Shown: positions 14,401 to 27,295 of the stretch, one piece after another
Layout: each line of letters begins with the position of its first letter
Numbering within the stretch: position 1 is the stretch's first letter
Origin: Bugula neritina
Taxonomy: Eukaryota > Animalia > Bryozoa
DNA length: 64,000 bases
Direction: 5' to 3'
NCBI GenBank assembly: GCA_964035545.1
Contig: OZ037766.1
Location: 10,902,722-10,966,721, forward strand
Notes under the pieces: generated by a model
What the model saw: only the letters and a program-made list of their open reading frames with translations
The model's database searches: none
What the model was told of the DNA's origin: nothing
Made by a program: the position numbers and the translations under genes

Positions 14401-17400
14401 GACTTAATTAAGAGCCAACTGTTCCCATAGCTTCCTACTTGGTCAGTGTAGAGTTATAAGATAAAGTTTTTGTTTTGTACTCAAAATTTTCTGATAGGAG
14501 AAAATTCTTAAGAATGTTTCATACCTACAGTTACTTGAAATTTTTAAAGTCAATTTAATAATAAGCAGATTTCTTGTGTCATATAACTGGACAAAGCAAC
14601 ATTTTAGTATTAAAAGTGCGTTAATTAATTAGATTTTGAACTTTTATTGTTGTAACTTGTTATTTTTTGTCTGATTCAGTTATAGATTGATTGCCTGTAC
14701 TATACATATGTTGTGTCTTTTCAGACAGTGTGCTACATAGCTAGTGAGGTGAGTTTATATGTGTCATCACTGTCTATCACAACATTGAATGTTTTAGCTC
14801 ACTAATGGTGCTTGCCAGTAAAGTATCGTATACTGCATTCTCACTTGATGATAACTTCAAGAGATCTAAACTCACACCAAATCAAGTTAAATATAAACTA
14901 ACGTAAGCCATACTCTCTCTCTCTCCATTTTTGCTCTCAACTTTCTTAAACTAGCACTTTTCCTGGTTCTATTAGTAAAATTCTGTTGCACACTTTTCTG
15001 AGGTTTTGCCACATAAAGCAATTTTTATTTTAAGAAGGATTTGCTTGTGATGTAGTGGTGTGCTGAATGAGGTTTGGGTTACAAAATTTGCCAATATTAG
15101 ATTTCATTTTTTAAAAGTAATAAAGTTATTGGTTGAAAATATGTTTTATAATTTTACTGCTTCAAGTTAACCATCTATTATAGTGTGATCACCATTATTA
15201 TTCTATTTTGTTTATGTATTATTTATTTTTTTACATTCATTTCGCCAAGTACACTCATTTTTGCACGAAGCTCTGCTTTATCTGGCAATACCTTTACTCT
15301 CTATTAACTCCCATGTTATTTCCTTTCAACACAAGCAATACAAGTGGTGGTTGGGTTTCTTTTGCAGGGCTACTCCAACCTTTTTTGAATATTTTTCGTA
15401 CTGTTTTTGTTTCCTGGGAATTCTGTTTGGTCCATGTTACCACTTCAGTGAGTACATGAGTTTCATTCGAGGCGACCAATACAAGGAGAAATGGCCAGCT
15501 GTAAGTTCCACTTGCTATAACTATGACTTCAGCGTGAGTTATTAACAGTGAGTTATTAACAGTGAGTTATTAACAGTGAGTTATTAACCGTAGTATATCA
15601 TAATATTTCTGTGGAATGTCCTAAGGGGCAGCTGCAGTCATGTATTCACTATTGAATTAGATGACCTTTGTAAGACCTCAGCTGGAAGTAAAATCAACTT
15701 GTGACTTGAAACTCAAAGAACTGAAGACTGGAGAGCTTTAAATGGGCTCTCAACAATAGACTACAGTGTTTCTTGTATGAGTCAATTGCTGTCACACGAA
15801 GTACTGCCCCTAAATTAACAGAGCATACATGATTACTGCCCTTTAATTTCAATGAATAATTTAAGGCAGAATGTCTAAACGTGAATATAATTTTATGCTG
15901 TTTATTTCTTCATTTAAAAACTAGCTTAAAAAGGTCTTTACTGCTCATACACCGAATGAATTTTTTAAAATTTATATGTTGTTTCTAGCACTTGGACAAA
16001 ATTATCTTACATTGTATATTTTGATGTATTGAACTTGCATACTTTAAGATAATTGTCGAATTCCACAGGTTATGTTGAGTGTAGTTTTAATGTATGAGGT
16101 ATTGTATATACTATATGCTTTGTTTTACAGCGTAGAGCCTTCAAGATGCTGCTTGTTGCGCTGACTTGTCTCCTTCTCCATTTTATTTTTTCTCAACAGT
16201 TCAGTGCTCAATACAATTTATGTAAGTGTTTCTTTAGAATATAGTATATTTGGGTGCAGATCATAGGTATAGGCAGTCTCTTTCCACAGCCTTTGTTTTA
16301 AATAAATTGGCAATTTCCATGATTTCGTAGCTTCTAGATAACCTATAAAGACTTGGTACAATATTTGGATAGGTGTAGGTGAGCAAAGCAAAGCCAGGTG
16401 TCTTGCCAAGTCACATTGAACTGAATACTTGCTTTTATATGAACTTGAGATTTAAGTGTTTGAAATTTATACTGGACCAATTTTAAAATTATTCGATTTA
16501 TATTTTAAAGTTTGACATCGAAACTTTTTGACTATATCTATATTTATGGAACTTAACTGAAGCTATTCCAAGTAATTTAAACATTAAACCTTTTTCAGTT
16601 AGGAGCTTTGCTGGTTAGCATACATAGGCAATAGTTTTATATTACATTGACCTAATTATTTAATTATTCTTCATTTATTGTAGATGCATTATTATTTTTA
16701 TGACAGTTAAACTGCTAATTAAGTCTGACATTTTCAGATTTCAATCAAATGTACACATAAATACTTTACAGATGATTGCTAATATTGAAATTCTTGTAGG
16801 TCAATTCAAATCAACTAGTGTATTTAGGTCATTTCTTTGTTTGACATGATTGGTTTTTTTTCTGGCCCATTACTTGATTATAGTTTCAAAGATGTCTACT
16901 GCAGACAGCTCTATAAAGTATACATAGTCTCGCCTCACATTTCATTGCCAACAATACAAGGAAATAAAATTAGCGCTATTTGCTGTTGAACTTAAAGTTA
17001 TCTTCTTTTTAGCTAAGCATGTCTGCTTCTCTCATAGAAAAACACTTTTCATCTCAGATGCAGCTGGTATCTATTTGCTAAGATGATGATCAACTTAATT
17101 ATAATTTCAGAAGTAGGCAATGAAATGAAATATAAGGGATGGAGATAAAGTTTTTCAACTTAGAATGTCCCATACTCTTGTAATTTACTACCCTTAGCAT
17201 TTTACAGACTCCTGTTTTAAAAATACAATTTCTGTAATTTAGCTCCAGCAGTGGCTGATATGCCCTTCTTAAAGAGACATGTGATTTTATGGCTCACCAT
17301 GTTTCTGGCGAGGTGCAAGTACTACTTTGGCTGGTTGTCATGTGAGTATGTGCTGTGTGATCACAACGTTAGTATTTACTTGGTAACCATTATTTCACTT

Positions 17401-20400
17401 ACTGACTGATATCATTTCAAATTAAAAAATTGCTATGTTTCTCCATAACACAAAACTTTCAAACTGCTAAAACTCATTAAAAACATATCAAGATAACAGA
17501 AATTACTTACATTGAATTCTAATTATTTATTGCTCTGTGCCTGGTCTAGCTACAGTGTTATTGTGCTATAGGCCTGGTCATCAATGCTTTTTAAATTATA
17601 TTTCTTTTCCACATCAGATTGATTTATAAAACAAGTGAACTAAGAAGATCTTTTTTGGTACCGAACATGTCAAGTTCTAATGAAGAGAATATAAATATTG
17701 GCAGGATTTTTTGTTGAGTGCAGCACTTGGATGGCTGAGACATGATGGCCACATGCAGCTATGCTGTTGCTTATTGGTCGTATAGCTTGCTGCTAGTAAA
17801 AACAGTTATTTGAGTTATTTTAGCAAAACTGATTGTGTTATTTTTTCTATAAATTAATCTAATTCCACGTGGTGTGTTGTAGGAGAATCATTGGAGATCT
17901 ATAGGAGTTTTGAAGACTTGTAGTCTTGCAGGAGCCTGTAGCATGCATCACTGTGTGAGGCTCAACGTAATTTTCTGCTTATTTGTTGTAGCCGAGTCTA
18001 TCTGTCATCTTAGTGGCCTTGGCTATGAAATATCAACCGATTCTGAGTGGAAATCTGCTATTCCCACTGTTAGAGTTCTTGGTGTTGAGGTTAGTAAATA
18101 GTAAATACTTGCACAGATGAGAGTGAAATGTCTTTTCACAATTGTTTCTTATATATTTTTGAAAATTCGTAGCAAGTTGACCTTGCCGTAATAGTTTGGA
18201 TTAGTCAAGCGGCTTTTTTAGTAATATAGTAGATACATCTTACTGGTAAACCTAAAGGATTCAACACATTTTATAGGATGACAAAAGCGAATGCTCATTT
18301 TTATGCACACTCAACATCTTATTAGTTATAGAGTTGTGAGACATGTATGGTGTCATTGAGAAAAGATGTACCAGCACGAGAAACAAATTATCTACTTTTT
18401 TTTAGCTAATATTATAGTTAAGAAAATCGTAAATATACAAAAGTATATATATACATTGAAAGTATTAATATTTAAATACCCATTCATTTGTGTAAATAGA
18501 TTGGGCTATCCACTTTTCCTCAATTATGTTGCCAAAACTCTTTTTGATTACCTTCAATATGAGTATTATGCTTTTTTTAGGTTTTTAAAATATTGTACTA
18601 TCGAGTTGAAATTTTTTAGGTTACTAGTTTGTCTTTGAAACTATATTTTCAATACAAAGTCTAAAGCTACACATGTAAATGCCGAAAATATGGTGTAATT
18701 GGAATAGATGTTTCCCAAGTTTAAAGCAACAATTTGTAAAAGATCTCAAGTTTTAGTTTTTAAAGTTGGTTTCATAGCATTATTTATAAACCTGAACAGA
18801 CTCTACTAGCTGGGTCCCAAGGCTAACAGAGAAAAAGAATTAATTAAAAAAATTGTGACAATTTTTCACTTGATACCAATATTGTCCACTTGTGAGATCT
18901 GTCATTCTACATGTACCTTTATCTTTGTTTTTATATATTTTGTATCTGCAGGTTGCCACAAGCCTAAAAGTGTTTTCTGACAACTGGAACATATTTACAG
19001 CTCGTTGGTTGCATTTTTGTATTTATGAAAGGGTGCCACAATACAAAGTTCTTTCAGTGTTTATTTGCTCAGCAGTATGGCATGGTTTCTATCCCGGCTA
19101 CTACATGATGTTTGGGCCTCTTGCGGGTGGTGTTTTATTGGGGCGAAAGGTAGGACTAAGGCTATATAAAAACTTCAATTACTCAAGCTTTTCTATAAGC
19201 AGCCTGATTTGAAGGTGACTGAGTGCAATAGTTTAGGGTCTCGTTTTTGGAGTTAAAGTTCAAAGTTTCGTCTTAAACCCTTAACTCCAAACTTGAGAAC
19301 TTTAAACTACTGCACTCAGTCTCCTCCAACTCCCCGCTGCTTATATCAACTTTCCAATTACTCATGTGCTGTAATATTTTCTCTGTAGCATCACTTTCCT
19401 ACTTGCCTTTTAACTCTACATGTAGGTTCGGCAGACTATACGCCCAATGTTTCAACACTCAAAGGCTACTAAACTTATTTATGATGTCATCACCTGTTTG
19501 GCAACCATATTAGTGATTGCCTTCAACAGCTGCGCTTTCGAGTTGAAAGATTGGCAGCTGATTTATCAATTTCAAAGGTTTGCACTGATTATTTTGCTAT
19601 ATTCTTTTGCCAATAATTTTCTTTCAGCAATCTATATATGCTGTAATTGTTCAGTTTCCACACCCACTCCCATATGCGGGGATATACATTTCATTAAAAC
19701 AAAATTGACTGATAATCTAATTTGGCCAAAATTTTCAACTGAAAGATACTGAACCAAAAGTAATTAATTTGTTAAAATGATATTTATTTTTAGAAATTTG
19801 TTGTAACCAATAAAACTTAGCAGTTGGTAATTCCGTAATAAAATAGAGTATGCTGTAAAAAGGTTAGGCTCACCTGTCATGAAAATTAAACTTGTAGGTG
19901 GCTTATTAAAGTGTAGCTGAGATATTTACCATGTCCTACGACCTACGCTACCAGCAATAAGATATAATAATGGAAGCTGTTGTGTAAATTTAGGATAGGA
20001 AAAAATATTGTTGATTTTACCAGTTTTGAAATGCAAGCTACGGAGCTCAGGTCCCTAAAATGAAGGAATGGCAACTCCAAACTCCCCCTGTGCGAAGTTT
20101 GGCCGATCAATGAAGTGTTGTATAATAGAATCACACCAAACTCGTTGGCTGTGGTTGTAGAATTGTATAAAAATAGTTTATTAAAATGAAAAACTCTCCG
20201 ACAGATATATTTCTACGCATCCTATTGATCCAACCAAACCATACAAAAAATAACCAATTTCACTCCCCAGCAACATTACTGTATGCCATTATTGTAGGTC
20301 TCTGTACTTTTGGCCACACTTCGTTTTGCTCATAGGATTGATTCTGGTACCCAACAAGAAAGCAATTGGCCAACCAATGCTGAATGGCAATCAGCATAAA

Positions 20401-20415
20401 AGCCATCTATCATAG
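11469..20415 (+). CDS. MBOAT2: Lysophospholipid acyltransferase, MBOAT1/2 (Oysgedart-like)
   Basis: Exons 11469-11504, 11919-12064, 13517-13594, 13820-13912, 14798-14902, 15368-15500, 16131-16221, 17243-17341, 17992-18089, 18952-19149, 19426-19577, 20298-20415. Motifs GIPSDQ..CQL, RCKYYFGW, WNIFTARWL, SAVWHGFYPGYY (catalytic His). MBOAT1 and MBOAT2 cannot be distinguished. Confidence 0.9.
12204..12360. mobile_element. ~160-bp MITE-like element, family A
   Basis: Imperfect TIRs (TGCAGTAATGGAGAAGTTGAG ... CTCAATTTTTCCACTCCTGC); close to the reverse complement of 50457-50618. Confidence 0.75.
15534..15588 (+). repeat. 14-bp tandem repeat GTGAGTTATTAACA x4
   Basis: Direct reading. Confidence 0.95.
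19194..19345. mobile_element. Fold-back (near-palindromic) MITE-like element
   Basis: TATAAGCAGC...GACTGAGTGCAATAGTTTAG...TTTGGAGTTAA pairs with TTAACTCCAAA...TAAACTACTGCACTCAGTC...GCTGCTTATA. TA at both ends; partial copy at ~62610-62660. Confidence 0.7.
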
Positions 20416-20602
20416 CAGCTGTTCTATTTATATTTTTTACAAGTATCATTTATGGTGAAATTTTTTACAGCTAGTAATGTTTATATTTGCAGTTGAAATT
20501 TTATATTTATTATTAACTTAGTAATTGCAGATTATTGGACTGTAGGAATTTATTTTTTTCTTATTTTTTATTACACTTCAATACATCAGCACATAGACTA
20601 CA

Positions 20603-22002
20603 TTATTGATTCTTGAAATGTTCTGTGAGAATATCCATAGCTTGTGAATCTTTGCCATAGTCTTTTACAACCACACAACTACAGCCAACAATCTTTCTTG
20701 GGTTTCCTTCTTTGTCTATCTTGCACAATCCAACCCACTCTCCCAGCTTCTTTTTGTCAGCAACCTGCACAAGACAGATTACTATGTAATACATTATGTG
20801 GTTATAATAAGGAACTTTAGCTATAAAATATAGGAATGGAAATATTACCTTGATGAGGTTGATGCTATGCTCAGCGCATAGAGCCTCCACCAACTTGCTA
20901 TACTGCGCTTCATCACAGTTCTCAGCTAGGACACAGAAATGGGCTTGTCGCCTAAAATAATTATTACATGCATTAGCATTACAGTGTTAAAATCACAATG
21001 GGAAAAGCACATACATAGATGTGCCAACTTGAGAGCCAGAGAGTGTGAATCTAAGTGCAATAGTGTTGATTTCACATTTGAAATGCATAGAATAATGAGT
21101 TGCAGTGAATATAAAAAAATAAATATAGACAAAAATTTACGGGAATTTGGAGCAAAAAGTCAGTGCGAAACCATAAAAGCTACTGAATAGCAGATGTATG
21201 TAGAAAAATAACAGCCAACTCACTAAGGTAAAGGTAACACAGAAGGCATCATTAGCATTTTAAATGGCACCAACTACAGCCTTACTACCCTACTTTTAAA
21301 GATTTTACTTCGATGTTGCCATGTTAATGATTTTCATGTTCTTATGCTAACAAGAATACTTTTCTGACTCTATTTAACAAAGGTACATACTTGTCAAGAG
21401 CCTTGACACATTCTCGAACTCCTTTAGCTAGCCCATCATGAATCATTGCAGTTTTCAGCACCTCTTGTAGGGCAGTATTTACATCCATGGAACCACTCTG
21501 AGTCTCATCTCTAAAAATATCACCAGTTGAACAATGTGAACTCAACAAATGTAAAAATACTAAAACATTTAATCGTTTCAACAAGGCTCAACAAAAACTA
21601 TCTTCACAAATATCAGAGATAGAACAATTTACTAAATCATCATTGCCTTGTAAATAATAATGCACCTGCTGTAAAATTCTAATTTTTATTAGGCCATTCA
21701 ATTTCTAAGAAAAACAAAAACCTTTACTTGTAGTAGTTATCAAATTAGGCTTTAAGTTTCACAAGTTTTTTTGAAGATGAAGTAATGAAATAATTAACAA
21801 TAAGTATAACTTTAAGCGTAAGGTGAAAAATATTTTATATGTATATTTGTGGCAATGACTAAATCGTTACCCATACAGTAACACACAAGTAAAATTTCTC
21901 CCTGGTGCACTATAACAATAACGTAATTTAACGGTTTGACAGAATCATAAAGGATCATCATCATAATGATAATTGAGCAAAATCTACATACCCTTCCTGC
22001 AT
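20603..22002 (-). CDS. RPS12: 40S ribosomal protein S12 (eS12)
   Basis: Coding exons 22002-21992 (MQEG), 21510-21391 ([14 protein letters not shown]...[11 protein letters not shown]), 20951-20849, 20764-20603 ([33 protein letters not shown]). Non-coding exon 1 ~22185-22144. Confidence 0.98.
21581..21651 (-). ncRNA. Candidate intronic box C/D snoRNA in RPS12 intron 2
   Basis: ACAAGGC-A-[ATGATGA]-TTTAGTAAATTGTTCTATCT-[CTGA]-TATTT-[GTGAAGA]-TAGTTTTTG-[TTGA]-GCCTTGT: boxes C, D', C', variant D and a 7-bp terminal stem; 70 nt from the 3' splice site; sense to host. Confidence 0.7.
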
Positions 22003-22143
22003 TTTCAGGACGTCCTCCTACAAGCAAAAGGAAATAATAACACAAACTGTAGCTGACAACATCTAGAAAAGTATTGTGCTACTATTCAACGCGATGTCAA
22101 TATTCTACATGAAAAAAATTAGATGAAAATTGAGGACACTTAC

Positions 22144-22200
22144 GATGAGTTCACGTTTTCTTCTCAATAAAATACAAAAAAAGGGCTTGAAAACCGGAAA
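22144..22200 (-). promoter_or_regulatory. RPS12 TCT/5'TOP start and ETS-like site
   Basis: Minus strand reads TTTCCGG...GCCCTTTTTTTG, then a short exon ending at a GTAAGT donor (22143). Confidence 0.7.
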
Positions 22201-23799
22201 TCTGATATGATCTCGAAAAAAACGATCAAAATCGTTTTTATTTGAAAAAAATTATAATAAATAACTGCAAAAAATAAAAATAATTTTTAACATTACTAAA
22301 TAAAACATTTTAATTTTTTTCAACACTGATGATTCATTTTACGCTTTTTTAGTAGAAAAAAGAGTTTAGAGAGAAGACAAGTCCTAACGTAATGCTTTAT
22401 TTGATGCAAATATGTAATAAAACATCTACTATCTCCATTACCATGTGAGCTTCTAATGTTCAAGGGTTTTCAGCCGGCTAAGAATTCTGTCTTTCAACAT
22501 ATAGATTGAGAAAAGTATTAGTTTTCTTTATATTGCAAAGGTGTTAGCCATTAAGTACTCTGTGCCAACCATGGGACAATGTTGAAACAGCTTTTGTAAG
22601 GAAGTTGTGTTGTGTGTGCGTGCAATTTATGCAATTGTAGCTGAAGGTTGTTTATTGTTTGAGGTTTTTGTGTATCTATCATTTCGCTGCCAAAATATAA
22701 TGCATACATCTTTCCGGAACAATATATGGCATTTAATTGAGCAAAAAGAAAGTAGGTGCTGATTCAAGAAATATGAAAAATAACTTGGTACTTGCACATA
22801 ATAAGAAAGATAATGCAGGATCAAAGTTGGAATAGCCGTTAGATGGGTAAAATATAAAACAATAGTAAAAGATTTGCTACAAAATACCAAAAAAAAATGA
22901 AGTCATGTGAACATGCTTATTGAATGATAACTAGACGATAGATCAAAATTTCAAGACCCCTATATTTGGAAAAACAAGAGGGAGTTAGAATGGAGTATAA
23001 TATATCCTAGGGAATCATATCCTGAAAAAGAGTTCAACTGCAAAACCGATCATATTTTTGAAAACGATATGCAAATGTCAACATGAACAATGGGACATAA
23101 TCATAAGGTTATAAACAGCATAGCTAATCTCTATTGTAGTTTTAGATCTAAATCAATTGGAGTATTAAGTTAAATCGAGCTCTCAACTACCACCAAATTA
23201 TAATAAACACTACTGTCGTCACGCATAGTGACACCATCTGTACACATTTCATTATATTCTAAAATATTTCAGTTCACTAGTTATTCTAAAATTTAGGTAA
23301 TAAAACTCATATAATCTTTAACATATGTAATATTAATTTTTGGCTCCATAGTCTCATACGTCAGAACCACAATAGTATAATTATTCTACGACTTGGTTTA
23401 CACACCATCATTAACCTTTAATAATCAAAATATTGCCAGTAATTTTAAAATAAAAAGTCGATAGGTTGCATATATTATTTATACATATAAAATTGCAAAA
23501 TATTTATAAAGTCTCATGCATTCAGTAGCAACGTTATAGCAAGGCCTTGGACCAAAGTGAACTGCCTTGCATGCTGCAAACCAAGAAACATTGATTAGAT
23601 TAATTTCCTCTAAAGGTAAAAGTGCACATCTCTTTGTCTCATATGTTATGTCATTACTCAATCATTTTTTATCAAAACTTGAAGCACAGACCTTACAGTT
23701 GTACAATTTGCTGGCTGTGCTCATATAGAAATGCTATCTGCAAAAGGAAAACTGCATTAGCAATGTTATTATTGATCTAAGTTACTAAAAGTGTGCAAG

Positions 23800-24027
23800 A
23801 TGAAGACAAATACCTTTTATAAACGATCTGCTGCAAACGAGAGAGAAAGGCAGAGAATGAAGCAGCTAAATGAAGCCTATTTACAACTGAAGCATAGTCT
23901 GCCATGGATACCAAATGATACAAAGCTGACAAAGTTAGAGATTCTACTATTTGCTATCCAATATATTTATGACTTAACCTGGGAGCTTGATACTGAACCG
24001 AACATAGTCAACACATGTACGTGCTGA
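23800..24027 (+). CDS. Small bHLH transcription factor, TCF21/musculin (MyoR)-like, 75 aa
   Basis: RSAANERERQRM..LNEAY..LK.SLPWIPNDTKLTKLEIL; LPWxPxDTKL is typical of TCF21/MyoR. AATAAA at 24197. Confidence 0.85.
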   Translation: MKTNTFYKRSAANERERQRMKQLNEAYLQLKHSLPWIPNDTKLTKLEILLFAIQYIYDLTWELDTEPNIVNTCTC

Positions 24028-26849
24028 ATGCAATCTATGAATGGAGGTAAAATTACATGATCTTAAACTTTTCAAATCTTAATCTTAGCAACCTATTATG
24101 AGTTCGAAAACTTATGATTGCACTATATGATACATAGGATGTGCAGTCATGTATTTATAATTGTATATGCAATTCATCTGATATAAAAGTTTATAAAATA
24201 AATGTCACTGATTAGGATAATCTTCGTTGCAGGTGCATCCAAAAATATGTAATGAGGCCATGGTACATGAAATTCTTTAATTTTTCAAATAGATTTTTAG
24301 TTGTTGAGAACTCACTTAATACCTTTTAATGTACATAATATATATAAATATATTATTATAATGTTGGCAAAGCTAATGGAAAAAACTAAATACACACATG
24401 CATACATTTCATACAAATTAAAGTAGAATATTAAAAATTAAAGCAACTTTACTTTTTCTTATAGTTTGTTGGAGTCTTCTTATAGTTTCTTCAGAGACTC
24501 AGATCATGAAGTAAAAGAAATGTTCAACTGACAACAGAAAGGGAACAACTTCTATTTTAAATTATTTATAATTATTTTAACAATAATTAATATAAATTAT
24601 TATACAATATAATTGTGAACCAACAATATAACATAGTGAGGTAGACTTTCTTGCAATGCAACTTATTTTAGGATAACTGAAATATTATTTACATAATAAA
24701 CATGCTTCAGCTAAAATTGAATTTCTAAACAATAACATAAGAATTATAAAGCATATTATATGCTTTAGAAACTAACCAAAATGTAGACAGACTGAGAAAA
24801 CACTTCAATTCAAAACCAAAAGTTTTAAAACATTAGTTTACAAAATGAAATCTGAATATACAAATAAAGGATCAAAACAATTTTACACATAAATATGATA
24901 ATATAATAAAATATTTTTAACCATGCATGAGAATTTGTAATATGATCTGGTTAAATGAAAAAAACTGGATGGCATAACTTTTCAAAAGCAAATTATAATG
25001 ACGACAGATTTACACGCTATTGAGATTTTTAAATATAAAAGTAAAAAATATATCAATAAGACACCATAAAAAGTTTTCAATTATTTACTCTTAATTACTT
25101 CAACAGATATATGCTTTCAAAGATAATTTCATGAAATTTTCAGGCATAAAATCACACATATTAAAAGCTAAATTCTGTGCTTTTTACGAATATTATATTA
25201 GTTTAAAATCTTGTATCAGTTATGTAATGGAAGGAATTTTTAATCCATAAAATTAGCACAACTTATGAGCCATTGTCTATCAATAACAACTGCCAGCTCT
25301 TCATTGAGATTCTTGAGATGTAGCATATATGCCTCCTAATGATAGATTTCCTGAATCATCACCAACTTAGAAATACTCTCAGTCTGGTGCTGCAGGCAAC
25401 AGTGTAGTGTAGCATCACCTACAGAATGAAATGCATACTATTATAATTTTATTCTAGGAATGACTATTCATAAAATGCTGTATTGCATATCAAGAAAAAC
25501 TTGAGGCAATTTTTTGGAAAAACACTCGGCATTACAACTTCATAGGTCAAAATCTAAATATAATTTTTCTTCATTATTGCAAACAATAGAATAGTAATGT
25601 ATATTATAAAGTTGCAATTAATATCACTTATTTTTAACTATTTATTATACTCTAGACTGCAGAAGCAGGCTGTGGGCTGTAGAAAGCAATGCCTCTAATC
25701 GATGGCTGGCAGGTTTGGCCTAGCATGTGGTAGTGTACATCTGGTAGTATAACCTTCATTTATAAAGTTATTTTTAAAAGAAACAGCATTTTAAAAACTT
25801 TGTTGTAGTTAGAGCTCTGGATAGCAAAAATCTATACATAAAATACTGCTACAGTATAAACTATATAGTTTACAGCAGGTTTTTCGGTAATTCATTATTC
25901 AAAGCACTTTACCATATAATATAATCTTAACTCTTTAAGTTACATATTTACTCTGGGGGTAGTATTTGACTATAAAATGATAAACCCTAAATTCACCATC
26001 AAAACAGTCGAGTAAACATGATAACCTTTTATTCTTTTTCAACTGCATGTAATTCATGTATATACATGTCTGTATATGGCAAGGTTGCACCTGTTAAGTA
26101 AAATTAGAAATCTAGTAACAAGAATGACGATATATTTGAGCTGCTGTGTAAGTTAGCAACATGGGAACTGTCAAGATAGAAGCTATTATGACAACATTCA
26201 AGTCAACAAAAGCCTCACTAAAACCTTTGATAATCTACATGACAAATCTATCTACAGATTTTATGCCTTTAACTCCTGTCTTTAGGATACCTGCACAGTC
26301 ACATGCTGAATTGTACAGGATTGGCTGTTATAACTCTTGAAAAAGAGTACTTTTCTGCAACTACATGTTATATCAAATGATTCTAAAGTCATAGCATATT
26401 TAGCCAAATGATTAGAAATTACACCTAAAGGATTATTTCAACTTAGAAAAATTTTGAGCAAATTCTTCATCAACATAGCCAAATATTGCATCCACCTACT
26501 TATTTGAAGAGCGTTAGGTACAGCCAGAAAAGACAGATATGTAGATAACCCCAAACTCAAACTTGAACAACAATAGCAAACCCTCTTCATACGTAGAGTG
26601 CGAAATAAATCAAACAATTACAGTATAATGCTGCACGCCAAAACTAAATTAAGTGTTTACTATTCTTAATTATTCAATTTCTAATATTTCTTGTAAACAT
26701 ATTTTTCGATTATAAACATTAATTAGGTATACAAAAATAGAGAATCCAAAAGTACTCTTAGTTATAGATTCCATGGAACTCAAAGTAAGCCTATAGCCGT
26801 AAATAGGGTGCTAAGAATTTGATATAATAGCCATATGTATTACATCTCA

Positions 26850-27295
26850 GCTCAATATCTCAGCTTGATTGGTGTTGAGATTATAAAATCGAAAATTAAA
26901 CTTAATTTCGATACTTATTATAGTGCCAATAGGCTGCATGGCATCAGTCAATTTATCATGTGAATCCTGGCCAAACAAACGATTCGATTCAAAGGAGCAG
27001 AGGAGACCGCTACGGTTATATTGCATTTTAGAGGAGACAACTTGATAAATCACACTGGCAGTGCGAATACTGCCAACGCTGAAACAGCGAGCCACTAAAG
27101 TTTCGGTATTTGAATTATCCAGTAGCAAGACGGCTTAGGTACTAAACACTGATTGGGTTGCCAATCGCGATGTTTACATTGGTAGCGCATTAGAAGCACA
27201 TGCTCATGCTGTTGGCCTGAACATCTTCATAATTATTTGACTGATCTTTCAACGCTAATCCAGAATCACTTCTAGTTTCTCTGAGAGTGAGTAAG
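26850..27295 (+). promoter_or_regulatory. Likely SLC5 promoter and non-coding first exon
   Basis: CpG-enriched, several CCAAT/ATTGG boxes including the palindrome GATTGG-GTTG-CCAATC (27151-27166); ends at GTGAGTAAG donor-like sequence ~27287-27295. Confidence 0.5.

Noticed and set aside
20975-21110. Possible H/ACA snoRNA in RPS12 intron 3
   Set aside because: Two hairpins and an ACA are present, but there is no ANANNA H box between them.
21845-21965. Second box C (ATGATGA) in RPS12 intron 2
   Set aside because: No matching D box with terminal stem found downstream.
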